Shown here in pieces: positions 53,901-61,872 of a stretch of 64,000 nucleotides of DNA; within the stretch, counting starts at the first letter, position 1, and every line of letters starts with the position of its first letter. The stretch comes from a virus. Under the pieces are notes generated by a model. That model saw nothing but the letters and a program-made list of their open reading frames with translations. It had not been told where the DNA came from and ran no database searches. The position numbers and the translations under genes were made by a program. The stretch covers positions 28,313-92,312 of IMG/VR virus record IMGVR_UViG_3300029448_008119. The stretch is one strand, 5' to 3'.

Positions 53901-56804
53901 CGTGATGTTTTGCGAGAATACACTTATTGCGTAATCTCCTACTTGATCTATTTTAGAATCTCCACTCAATACAATGTTTGTTGGATTACTATTGCTCCTA
54001 AAATGTTCACTAACAACAGTGTTTGAATTAGGCTCTTCTAAAATAACTATATACTTATCTGGTGATTTTGCTGCGTTACTTGGGTCAAAAATTGACACAT
54101 TTAAATTTTTACTGCTACCAACACCGTTTGAAAAACTCGTTGTAACATTTGATGGTAAGTCAGGTCTTTGTACTTCTGTTACGGAAAGGTTAGGTTGAAA
54201 TGAGCTTCCATCTAAATCAAAAGATGTATTTTCTTCTACAAATTTAAATTTTCCAGTATGATGTATTGTAGCTGATACATTAAATCCTGCATCTTTATCT
54301 TCTGATATATTTAATACTCTATAATATCTTGGATCTCTACCACTCGCATCAATGTTATATACTGACCCATGTTTTATATTTGCATCTTTTTCTGAATACC
54401 ATTGACTACTTGTATTTCCAGGAGTATCTGCTCCAGTTATAAATATAGCGACACCACTATCTATAATTTCATAACTAACATTTGTCTCACCAGGATTAGT
54501 ATCTTTTATTTTTAAAGACATTACTTGTGGATTATGTATTTCTCTATACAAGCTATTATCTGAAGATGGGTTATTGTAAAAATCTTCAATTCCAGACTTA
54601 CCTATCGGATTATATATATGTATGTTTCCTCCAGTTACATAATCGGTTAAATCACTGCCTATTGCTGGCTCGACTATTATAGCCGAAGGCCCTTGCCCTA
54701 TATTACTTGTAGTTCCATCTGGATTGCTATAATTAGTAGTCCCACTTGCCCCCAAAACTGTCCCGTAGTTTCGAGTAAAATTTCTCATTTCATCGTCGAT
54801 CTTTATAATATCTCCTGGCTGCATCAAAAGAGCTTCGAATCCAGCACCAAAAGATACTGTTTCTGTGGTATTTTGCGATTCAAACAAAATGTATTTTCCC
54901 AGTCTATGAGCTTGAGCTTTTGAGGTTACTCCGATGCCTTCTATCTGTTTAAAATTTAATCCTACGGTTTTTATAGCTTCAGCATCCTCTACATACTCTG
55001 TCTGCGCTGTAAAATTATTTCTTTTATCTATAAAAGAAACTTCTACAGCCGATAGCTTTGTTTGCCTATCTACATCTGCATACGAAAACATTCCATCTTT
55101 AACGTTCAAATTATTAAAAATCAAATGAGGTGGAAATTTATTTTCTTTTGGCGCTGTTGTACTGGTATTATTAAAGTCTTCAAAAAAGTATGGCCTATCT
55201 ACCCTAATTGAAACGCAAGAATTATTAAAATACGTCATTGCCCTAAATGATCTAGCTAGATTTTGAATAGCATCAAAAGCGTCAGTCTGATCTTTCATTA
55301 ATATATTGCAACTAAATCTAGGCTCAAGTCCGCCAAATCCATCGTCTAATCCAATAAATATACCAGCCCCTCCCGCTACGTTGGTAGCTTTACTTCCGTC
55401 GTGCATTGTCACTGCATCGCAATACATACCTATTTCATATAGAGTCCATTTATCTATTATATCTATATCTCGTAGATAATTTCCTAAGCCGTACCTTCTA
55501 TTAGTTAAAAGGTCATAATATATCCAAGCTGGATTATCAGACCAAGCATATTTAAAAGTCCCATCCCATTGACCAATCTGTAACCCAGGAGATGCTGCGT
55601 AAATAACGTTGCCACTTGTAGTGCCATCACTAGAAAATCTTCTATCTGTTCCGTCAGCATTTGTTGGATTATAATTAGAGGGTATTTTTATTTTTTTACC
55701 TTTAACTCTATAAGTTCTTGCTGGGATATTTTGATAATATTGAGAATCTATAATTGTAGCTATATAACAACTTCCAGGGTAGTAATAAGTGTCGTTATAT
55801 TTTTCTGTTATTGCATTCACGCCACCATCTCTTGTAACTAGATTAGAAATTGTCTCATGATCTAGCTTACTTATTTCTACAAAATTATATAAATCTGTTT
55901 CGCCTAGAACTGGTAAAGGAAGATTTTCTAAAGTTAATGTATACGGAGACGTAATAATTCCACTGACTGTGAACCTTCCAGTTGCCCTTCCAACCGTTTT
56001 ACCTTTTCCTGGCCTAACTGTAAACTGGGCATTTTGGGTTGTTATTGTTCCATTTTTATCCGATTTCCCAACTATAACCTTAAATCTTATTGATATTGCC
56101 AGGGGCTGCCCCATTCTGCTCCTGCCCGCTTCATTTTCTTGTTTACTAGATTTAGATACTGTGTCACTTAAACCATCTATTTGCAAGCCCACGTCCACTA
56201 GATCTATATCTTTATCATAATTTGTATATCTATATGGTTTTGCGGCCCTTTCCTTTGGCACATATCTTTGCCAATTTACAAAGTCTCTCGCGCTCGTTCC
56301 TTCGTATCTTACGTCTCTACTTCCATATCCATTCCTAGCGCCATTTTGGATTGCATTCATATCATACGGCCCTTTAATTGGACCTGATAATTTTGTTAAT
56401 TTAGTTGGCGTTTTTACAACATTACATTTGCCTTGTAAAATTCTTCCTGACTTAAATTCAATATCATATTTAGAATGGGTTGAATTATTATTAGAATCCC
56501 TCAGCGGTGTGTCATTATAATAAATTCCTTGATCAATAGGTAAATCACCTGCAGATGATGAACTCCCAACGGTAAGGTGTTCTTGGTTAAAAGGTTTTTT
56601 AGCTCTCGTGCCAATTAAAGTTTTTCCGTGTTGACCAACTAAACCTTCTACTTCACCTTCGCATATTAAATCTATCGATTCATATATTTGATAACCCTGC
56701 TTAGCGTTAGCTGCACTTGGAGGTAATAGATAAGAAGGTTTAGCTCCTTTACTCCTACCAGCAATAATTAACTTGTTATTAAATATGCTTTTGTAAAAAC
56801 CCAT
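50961..56804 (-). CDS. Tail tip / host specificity protein (lambda J-like) with FN3, H-lectin-like, LamG-like and nested repeat domains
   Basis: IDLICEGEVEGL, IPARTY.VKG.KIKIPSNY, WDGTFK.AWSDNPAWI.YDLLTN.RYGLG, YCD, EPRFSCN, QPGDII.I.D. Confidence 0.93.
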   Translation of the reverse strand: MGFYKSIFNNKLIIAGRSKGAKPSYLLPPSAANAKQGYQIYESIDLICEGEVEGLVGQHGKTLIGTRAKKPFNQEHLTVGSSSSAGDLPIDQGIYYNDTPLRDSNNNSTHSKYDIEFKSGRILQGKCNVVKTPTKLTKLSGPIKGPYDMNAIQNGARNGYGSRDVRYEGTSARDFVNWQRYVPKERAAKPYRYTNYDKDIDLVDVGLQIDGLSDTVSKSSKQENEAGRSRMGQPLAISIRFKVIVGKSDKNGTITTQNAQFTVRPGKGKTVGRATGRFTVSGIITSPYTLTLENLPLPVLGETDLYNFVEISKLDHETISNLVTRDGGVNAITEKYNDTYYYPGSCYIATIIDSQYYQNIPARTYRVKGKKIKIPSNYNPTNADGTDRRFSSDGTTSGNVIYAASPGLQIGQWDGTFKYAWSDNPAWIYYDLLTNRRYGLGNYLRDIDIIDKWTLYEIGMYCDAVTMHDGSKATNVAGGAGIFIGLDDGFGGLEPRFSCNILMKDQTDAFDAIQNLARSFRAMTYFNNSCVSIRVDRPYFFEDFNNTSTTAPKENKFPPHLIFNNLNVKDGMFSYADVDRQTKLSAVEVSFIDKRNNFTAQTEYVEDAEAIKTVGLNFKQIEGIGVTSKAQAHRLGKYILFESQNTTETVSFGAGFEALLMQPGDIIKIDDEMRNFTRNYGTVLGASGTTNYSNPDGTTSNIGQGPSAIIVEPAIGSDLTDYVTGGNIHIYNPIGKSGIEDFYNNPSSDNSLYREIHNPQVMSLKIKDTNPGETNVSYEIIDSGVAIFITGADTPGNTSSQWYSEKDANIKHGSVYNIDASGRDPRYYRVLNISEDKDAGFNVSATIHHTGKFKFVEENTSFDLDGSSFQPNLSVTEVQRPDLPSNVTTSFSNGVGSSKNLNVSIFDPSNAAKSPDKYIVILEEPNSNTVVSEHFRSNSNPTNIVLSGDSKIDQVGDYAISVFSQNITPTVARTTSAFLVEFTTSLSTFGFTVNQDAFTEYSNIFIDTAFSSTFNNSAETGHAVNSFFENDPLINATVNLEYEDIFGNAGPSVQADVNEQIINIYDTQDNLKSGNFKQLTTEGSFEILNSQIDEMFGYTGEGKYRIPPSLNIEVNSFEILGAYGANLQVNFDATFSEAPALFIQQKATGLFTDVYKPEGRISTENTRFTVRPNSDAINNGDYTYLASQTGRYVVDGKNIEIDFVSKNDNTGYQPVLFSQAFAAAPTIIIQLQQPHIQASPHDTSQTCVTGVSHTGFHFAAFQENNVAAGSTGKYAYIAVDKSAFNNTYDTDLPVNVINYAGSENENFSFQSDSILDQFNKSNPSTTNNTFTHDQYAVFCQRSGEDDNLKEKYFVVTETGDQNKLHQQMLASGLDIGIRANQTNGSDNHIFVTGSGLNVGTGDFTMEAWVKFDPGLDGKQYLLESHKNGTGIAWFQSGDGKNYINLNGVDHLAITGNGGVSLNDGNLHNLQVQVTRQLYSEGLIDGDNQHVNQDVTQHSTGFTIQGVGSGMPQNTGDFDGTYTGDGNLYQNTVSSGLRVRTTGSNNTWILVDDDPSIDYINTPIAWSGGENIVHPHLVTPYGAASTSWSGGAFYTGFTMDPGIGSGMVNNTGSFDGTYTGGTNLYQHTTTSGLRLKQTGSNNTWVFCDDDPNNTYFTGFEIDGIGSGMVDNPNSFDGTYTGGADLFINTSNFGLRVKKSGSNNTWIFVDEDLANTYSHNRIAWSGGENVNFPGNVTAWTGGATIQDGTITDSTSPLNRFSGLLSHNRIAWSGGQNENYPWEVTAWTGGETILNGTITNSTSPLDLFTSLLASSHPGSNAPTFDNFLLETFDAETGFKILGNSELNGEALTSGYIIDYIALLSGRTSSVSHYTFPSTFQSAFVDSPSAKFILDVNASQVNRPQPALEDISTDNTSTVSLVGDVERSQSIINRSLTSNFNFLQVGVTGEL
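51335..52310 (-). repeat. Three nested copies of a ~105-aa module within the J-like gene
   Basis: TGF...GSGM..N...FDGTYTG...GSNNTW three times and IAWSGG.N...P..VT three times, in nested order. Confidence 0.85.
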
Positions 56805-57388
56805 TATCCTAAATCTTCACTAGTGATATTTGTCGAAATGATATTAGAGCCAACACGAAGCTCTCCATATAATAATGGTATAGGAAAACCCTGAACAGCA
56901 TTGTTTTCTAAATTACTGAAAATATAGCTAGACATGTCAATTTTACTTTCTGACGTTTGTGGCTTTGGGGTCTCAACTGGAAATAATAAAGACATCACAC
57001 CTTGAATTAAGACTCCAATTGCTAAATTTGCTAAAAATCCACCACCTGCTAAAAATGTTCCTATTGTAGCAGCAGCGGTAACTGCAAACCCTACAAACGC
57101 CGCAATCAAACTAAAAAGAAATGCTCCACTTATAGTTGGAACAATGTGTATTTCTTTAGGAGCTCTAGCTGCAGCTAAAGCTTCCGCTGTTTTCCACTCT
57201 TTATTTGGGTTTTTGGGGTCTATAAAAGCGTAACCTAAGCCTTCTTTAAATTTAGAAATCAAATAATTTTTAACTCCTGGATTATTCGCTTCTAATGCGT
57301 TAGTAATCTCCAAAAGCCTATTAACTTTAAATTTATGATTTTTACCATAAATTTCTCCAAATTCTCCGTGTATAGTTACATTAATCAT
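56804..57388 (-). CDS. Tail assembly protein I (lambda-like)
   Basis: VTIHGEFG..YG ubiquitin-like N-terminus, IHIVPTISG, hydrophobic stretch, QGFPIPLLYGELRVGS. Confidence 0.9.
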   Translation of the reverse strand: MINVTIHGEFGEIYGKNHKFKVNRLLEITNALEANNPGVKNYLISKFKEGLGYAFIDPKNPNKEWKTAEALAAARAPKEIHIVPTISGAFLFSLIAAFVGFAVTAAATIGTFLAGGGFLANLAIGVLIQGVMSLLFPVETPKPQTSESKIDMSSYIFSNLENNAVQGFPIPLLYGELRVGSNIISTNITSEDLG

Positions 57389-57776
57389 CCAAAAACTCCT
57401 TTAACATTATTACACCTTTTTCTGATCTTTGGAAATTGGGCATATCAAATAAAGCAAACCTCTCTGTGACCAAAGAGTATATTAAGAACGGATAAAGACA
57501 GTTTTTTGAATTTTCTATATCGTATTCAGATGGCTCCTCTCTTCCGCTTACATGAGTGTGGAATATAGCCAACAAATCGCCATTTAGTTTAACTTTCAAA
57601 AAATCCGCTGGATTAATTAAAAACACATCATCATCATTTGAATGATTTTTGGCGGCCTTAAAAATTAATTCACCGTCTTTATATAGAACAAAACCGCAAA
57701 CTTCTTTTCCTAAGTCCGTATTGGCGTATTCAATTAAATCTTTTTTAAAATTATCTGTTTTTGGGTTGGTATGCAT
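57381..57776 (-). CDS. Tail assembly protein K-like, JAB/MPN domain only
   Basis: EVCGFV...AIFHTH...PSEYD; no NlpC/P60 domain; ATG 57776. Confidence 0.88.
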   Translation of the reverse strand: MHTNPKTDNFKKDLIEYANTDLGKEVCGFVLYKDGELIFKAAKNHSNDDDVFLINPADFLKVKLNGDLLAIFHTHVSGREEPSEYDIENSKNCLYPFLIYSLVTERFALFDMPNFQRSEKGVIMLKEFLDD

Positions 57777-58752
57777 GAGTTCCTGGAAATCCTCCAAATC
57801 TTAAGCCAGTTTTTCCAAATCTTAGTTTGCAGGCTGATATTTTCTTTGAACATTCGTCTTTTTGCCATTTTTTAGATATTGGTGGGAAATCTTCATTTCC
57901 GTTTGCGCTAGAATCGACTAAAACATACATGGTTCGTAAAGGCCTGATTGAAGCCCCATTTACAGAGCTTTCTGAATCATCGTCAGAGATATCATGGCCA
58001 GCAGTCTCTATGTATACCCATTGTCCTTTGCTGTATGTGGTAAGATTACTCCATTTGCCTTTAAAGGCTCCAACTGGAACCGTAGCATCACTAGAATCCT
58101 TAAAATCACTATCATTTGCTGATTTTAGGGGGGCGCCAGCATAAAGGCATCCGCATCCTCTATATATCCATGTACAGTATTTTGCGTAAACATTTCTGTT
58201 TGGCAGATAAGTATTATCTAATTCAAAAACAGTAGATAGTTCTAGTTCTACAATATCTTTTGTTTCTGCTATTCTTCTATTTATATAATAGGTTTGATCT
58301 GGCAAATAAGAAGTAGCAGAAGCTTCGCTATTTTGAGTAGTTACATCAAAATATGGATTTTTTCCTCCTGGAAAATTTAAATCGTCTAAAAATCTAGCAA
58401 AAGTCCTTTTTCTTATTACCTTACAACCAATTAAGTTATTATGTACTTTTAAATATTTTGATATGGCAAAGTTTATATTTGATACTTTTATTCTTGGTCG
58501 AGGAAGACTATTATCTCCTTTTACTTCAAAACCACTAACCTCCATGGGATAAGATATGTATTCTTGACTTTGCCATACGATTCTGTCTGCTGTCAGCGTA
58601 CCGCGTTGCATACCAGCTGTAGTGGGGCATAAAGCTAATACACTACTTGTATCACCTGGCCAAGCATAATATATCAAATAAAACTCTAATATTTGACTAG
58701 GCTCGAGAGACATAGCCTCACTTGCTACTTTTTCATTTATTCCTCCTGCCAT
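57751..58752 (-). CDS. Minor tail protein L (lambda-like)
   Basis: PMEVSGFE, RKRTFARFLD..NF, C.WIYRG.GC.Y.G, DECSK.ISACKLRF, FGGFPG. Confidence 0.93.
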   Translation of the reverse strand: MAGGINEKVASEAMSLEPSQILEFYLIYYAWPGDTSSVLALCPTTAGMQRGTLTADRIVWQSQEYISYPMEVSGFEVKGDNSLPRPRIKVSNINFAISKYLKVHNNLIGCKVIRKRTFARFLDDLNFPGGKNPYFDVTTQNSEASATSYLPDQTYYINRRIAETKDIVELELSTVFELDNTYLPNRNVYAKYCTWIYRGCGCLYAGAPLKSANDSDFKDSSDATVPVGAFKGKWSNLTTYSKGQWVYIETAGHDISDDDSESSVNGASIRPLRTMYVLVDSSANGNEDFPPISKKWQKDECSKKISACKLRFGKTGLRFGGFPGTHAYQPKNR

Positions 58753-58760
58753 ATTTATCT

Positions 58761-58766
58761 TTACAC
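58761..58766 (-). promoter_or_regulatory. GTGTAA putative late promoter element for the L-K-I-J operon
   Basis: 8 nt before ATG 58752. Confidence 0.7.
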
Positions 58767-58837
58767 TTGGTTTGCTTGTTTTATTATATATTATATAACG
58801 CAGAATTAAACATTTTTTTATATATCAAAAAAACAAA

Positions 58838-59377
58838 ATGGACGAGAACAAATATGAATTTTTTCATGAGGCAAATTCAGCCGAGGTTTATAAAATAGCC
58901 AGAACACAATTTAAAAAAATTATTAAAAATTTTAATCAATATGACTTCAAAGATAACTTCGAAGAACTGTTTCACGGGGGCGATAGTTATTATAAACTTT
59001 TTTTGAAGAAAAATGATATTATATTATGCGGTAACCTTTCGTACATATTTGAAGATTGCATCCTAACAGATATATATTTTTGGAATGACGTTTCGTTCCC
59101 CAGAAACAACGAAGAAGTCAGATTTTTTCATGAGAAATTTTTCAAGGAAACTTCTCTATTAGGTATAAATAATACTATAATGCCCCTAGATACGTCGAGG
59201 TTTAGACATGAGTCGTTTAAAAAATACTGTAAAAAATTGTTTTTTACAACCCATGAATACAAGACAAACGATCGATTAATCAACGAAGCGTACAAAAATC
59301 ATTATCTCTTAAAAGTAAATCATAAAAATTATTTCAAAAAAGCGGAAGAGGCCAACGTCAGGATTTTACATAAATGA
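58838..59377 (+). CDS. Hypothetical protein, tandem paralogue 1 (possible GNAT-like fold)
   Basis: Shares FKKII.NF, LFLK....CG, DI.FWN, PLD..R..F.SFKK, KTND, YLLKVN with the next gene. Confidence 0.6.
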   Translation: MDENKYEFFHEANSAEVYKIARTQFKKIIKNFNQYDFKDNFEELFHGGDSYYKLFLKKNDIILCGNLSYIFEDCILTDIYFWNDVSFPRNNEEVRFFHEKFFKETSLLGINNTIMPLDTSRFRHESFKKYCKKLFFTTHEYKTNDRLINEAYKNHYLLKVNHKNYFKKAEEANVRILHK

Positions 59378-59405
59378 AAGGCAAAAAAACCATACTTTGA
59401 TTAAC

Positions 59406-59909
59406 ATGAAAAATCTAGAATTTACGCAAGACTCAGGATATCACGAGCCTTTTTTATTATCAAGAAAAGAATTTAAAAAAATTATTAATAATTTTGACTT
59501 TGAAAAATTTAAATCAAACTTTGATGAGGTCTTCTTTAATGAAGACAAATTAAGTCTTTTTTTAAAAAACGAAAATCATCTTATTTGTGGTGCTCTTGGC
59601 CATATATATGAAAAAAGAGTTTTTATGGATATATTTTTTTGGAATCATGATTTGGGCGGATACAATATGCACACTGTTAGAGTGTTTTTTGAAAATTTTT
59701 TTTTAAAAAGCCAAGAAATGGGTGCTACTGAGGCTATTTTACCACTAGATGAGGATAGAAAAAAGTTTTTATCATTTAAAAAACATAATCAAATATTTTT
59801 TCGGTCTACTGAGGAATTTAAAACAAATGACTCTTATATAAGGGATCATTATAAGCGCCAATATCTTTTAAAAGTAAATTATGAGCATTATTTTAACGAA
59901 TCCAAGTAG
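59406..59909 (+). CDS. Hypothetical protein, tandem paralogue 2
   Basis: Paralogue of 58838; ATG 59406 preferred to TTG 59397. Confidence 0.6.
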   Translation: MKNLEFTQDSGYHEPFLLSRKEFKKIINNFDFEKFKSNFDEVFFNEDKLSLFLKNENHLICGALGHIYEKRVFMDIFFWNHDLGGYNMHTVRVFFENFFLKSQEMGATEAILPLDEDRKKFLSFKKHNQIFFRSTEEFKTNDSYIRDHYKRQYLLKVNYEHYFNESK

Positions 59910-59918
59910 GCAAAAAGA

Positions 59919-59924
59919 GTGTAA
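59919..59924 (+). promoter_or_regulatory. GTGTAA putative late promoter element
   Basis: 9 nt before ATG 59934. Confidence 0.7.
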
Positions 59925-59933
59925 TACATATAT

Positions 59934-60344
59934 ATGGCAGAAAGCCCAAATTTATTAAGAAGAGAAATTTTATCTACATTCGACCCTACTATCATTGGAG
60001 GGGGTTCTTTTCAAGATAGAATAACCGACTTATACGATACTTATCCAACTGGAGATTCTCAAAATTTCCTTATGTTTGTGCATATAATACAAGAGTTAAA
60101 CAGAAAATTAAACACTTTTGGCTTTGCCGACCAAATCGTAGAGCCGATTGATGCTGGATTTCGCCCAGAGACACTTGAACTGGGTGGGGGCTATGGATTT
60201 TGGACTTATAGCACTCCAGCAGGGGGTAATAGAGCAAGTATTAATGTGGTTACAAGTGGCCCAATCGAGATTGATTGGGGCGATGGAAGTACAAAAGACA
60301 CGATAAGCTCTGCTGGTTATCACACTAAAAATCATACCTATTAA
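59934..60344 (+). CDS. Putative virion protein ending in a truncated PKD-like IDWGDG motif
   Basis: IEIDWGDGS...KNHTY-stop. Confidence 0.6.
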   Translation: MAESPNLLRREILSTFDPTIIGGGSFQDRITDLYDTYPTGDSQNFLMFVHIIQELNRKLNTFGFADQIVEPIDAGFRPETLELGGGYGFWTYSTPAGGNRASINVVTSGPIEIDWGDGSTKDTISSAGYHTKNHTY

Positions 60345-60352
60345 TTTTTTGG

Positions 60353-60381
60353 TTGACATTTATGTTATTTAGCTTTACTAT
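60353..60381 (+). promoter_or_regulatory. Promoter TTGACA-N17-TACTAT
   Basis: Intergenic, 8 nt before ATG 60390. Confidence 0.65.
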
Positions 60382-60389
60382 GCTAAATA

Positions 60390-60578
60390 ATGAGCAAATG
60401 GACGGAAAAACAACGGGGAGCCTTTTGGAAAAAAGAAGGCAAAAATGGCAAATATCTAGCTGGCTATGTAGTGATAGACGGCAAAAAACACCCCGTCACG
60501 GTTTTCCCTAATCAGTATAAAGAAAAGCAAAACCAGCCAGAATTTATTATTTACGAGACTTTTTCTAAGGAGTCTTAA
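60390..60578 (+). CDS. Small DUF736-like protein, putative ssDNA binding
   Basis: GAFWKKEGKNGKYLAG...VFPNQYKEKQNQPEF. Confidence 0.6.
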   Translation: MSKWTEKQRGAFWKKEGKNGKYLAGYVVIDGKKHPVTVFPNQYKEKQNQPEFIIYETFSKES

Positions 60579-60784
60579 GCGAAAGAAATATTATTTTCTT
60601 CTAAATATAGATCAAACTCTTCTTGATCATCATAAAGGATCAAAGAGTGAATCGAAGCCATTGTCCCGACGCACTGAGTCGGAGTACTCAAAATCTTTTT
60701 TGCGGGCATATCGTATAATACCCACCATTTTTTTTCGTCTGCGATATCGTAGTCGTTTAAATTTTCTATTATTGTAAGTGACAT
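60575..60784 (-). CDS. Small acidic hypothetical protein
   Basis: 69 aa, downstream of the LRR gene, shares the TTAA stop with 60390. Confidence 0.65.
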   Translation of the reverse strand: MSLTIIENLNDYDIADEKKWWVLYDMPAKKILSTPTQCVGTMASIHSLILYDDQEEFDLYLEENNISFA

Positions 60785-60807
60785 ATTATTGTAAGTGACA
60801 TATTATT
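60767..60807. repeat. 17-bp tandem duplication (TATTATTGTAAGTGACA x2.4) over a start codon
   Basis: Exact copies at 60767-60783 and 60784-60800, partial 60801-60807. Confidence 0.95.
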
Positions 60808-61729
60808 ATTGGTAATGTACAGACCAATTACCCCTTGCATCGCCCGTAAGTGTATCTTTATGGGCAAGTGCGGCTGCCGTCATTCCGCCATTCCTAGCGA
60901 CATTGACAAACCCACCATTAGCTCCAGCAGCTACAAGAGCGGCCAATAAATCCTCTACAACAGCAGCACTAAAATCATTGCCGTCTGCTATTAATTTTTT
61001 AAGAGAAGCTGGTAAAGTGGTTCCAGCCCAACCAGTTAGATTGTTGCCAAAGCACGAAAATGTGTGCAGACTCGTATTGTTAGCTAAATCTGGAATAGAT
61101 CCAGTTAAATCATTTGAATTGCACCACATCTCAAGCAAACTTACGTTTGTCGATGTAGAAACAATTTCTCCAGTTAAATTATTTGATGCAGTATCAAACC
61201 ATTTCAATGCAGTATTATTAGTAATCGAAGGCATGGCTCCAGTAAAAGAATTACGATCAAGTTGTAAATCTTCTAAGTATACGTTGGAATCTACATTAGG
61301 GCAGGTTCCTGTAAAATTACTATTATGCAAGAATATACCCCTCATCTGAGGGCTCGAAGAAAAATCTGGAGCTGATGGGTTAGTCAGATTGTTGTCTGAA
61401 ACATCATAATATCTAAAATTACTCGTAGCAGGTGGCACTGGTGCGTCACCAGTAAAATTATTAAATGGTACATTGAAAGCATGCATATTAAGTTGTCCAC
61501 TTATCACTGGAATAGAACCAGTAATTGCATTTTGATCAGCTCTAAATTTATGATACTGCTTATTGCTCATATCCATATCCAACGCTGTGACGCCTTGATT
61601 GACCACTCTAAAGTCGGTTAAGTTGGTGAACTTAGTTAACTGCATAGTCCCTCGAAGTCTTGAGCCTCCAGGTCTAGTAATATGCAATTGGGTTATGTTT
61701 TCTGGATTATCTATCGATACTCTTGGCAT
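60806..61729 (-). CDS. Leucine-rich-repeat protein with plant-type NxLTGxIP repeats
   Basis: About eight 23-24-aa repeats (NAITGSIP, NNFTGDAP, NSFTGAMP, NDLTGSIP). Confidence 0.85.
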   Translation of the reverse strand: MPRVSIDNPENITQLHITRPGGSRLRGTMQLTKFTNLTDFRVVNQGVTALDMDMSNKQYHKFRADQNAITGSIPVISGQLNMHAFNVPFNNFTGDAPVPPATSNFRYYDVSDNNLTNPSAPDFSSSPQMRGIFLHNSNFTGTCPNVDSNVYLEDLQLDRNSFTGAMPSITNNTALKWFDTASNNLTGEIVSTSTNVSLLEMWCNSNDLTGSIPDLANNTSLHTFSCFGNNLTGWAGTTLPASLKKLIADGNDFSAAVVEDLLAALVAAGANGGFVNVARNGGMTAAALAHKDTLTGDARGNWSVHYQ

Positions 61730-61737
61730 ATTTTTAT

Positions 61738-61743
61738 TTACAC
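61738..61743 (-). promoter_or_regulatory. GTGTAA putative late promoter element
   Basis: 8 nt before ATG 61729. Confidence 0.7.
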
Positions 61744-61759
61744 TAAATAATTAGATGCA

Positions 61760-61867
61760 TTATTTATATTTTTTTATTAACCACCTTAACTCTTGAACTA
61801 TAATTATAGGAATCATCAGAACTAGACAAAGAAGAATTTGAATTAAATCGCCTAGAGAACGTTTCAT
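61760..61867 (-). CDS. 35-aa single-pass membrane peptide
   Basis: Hand-translated MKRSLGDLIQILLCLVLMIPIIIVQELRWLIKKYK; starts 5 nt after the barrel stop and fills the gap. Confidence 0.55.
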   Translation of the reverse strand: MKRSLGDLIQILLCLVLMIPIIIVQELRWLIKKYK

Positions 61868-61872
61868 TTATA

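Noticed and set aside
60345-61737. Invertible segment that would fuse the IDWGDG gene to the LRR gene
   Set aside because: No inverted repeats seen at the expected ends and no recombinase in the window; both genes have their own promoter element
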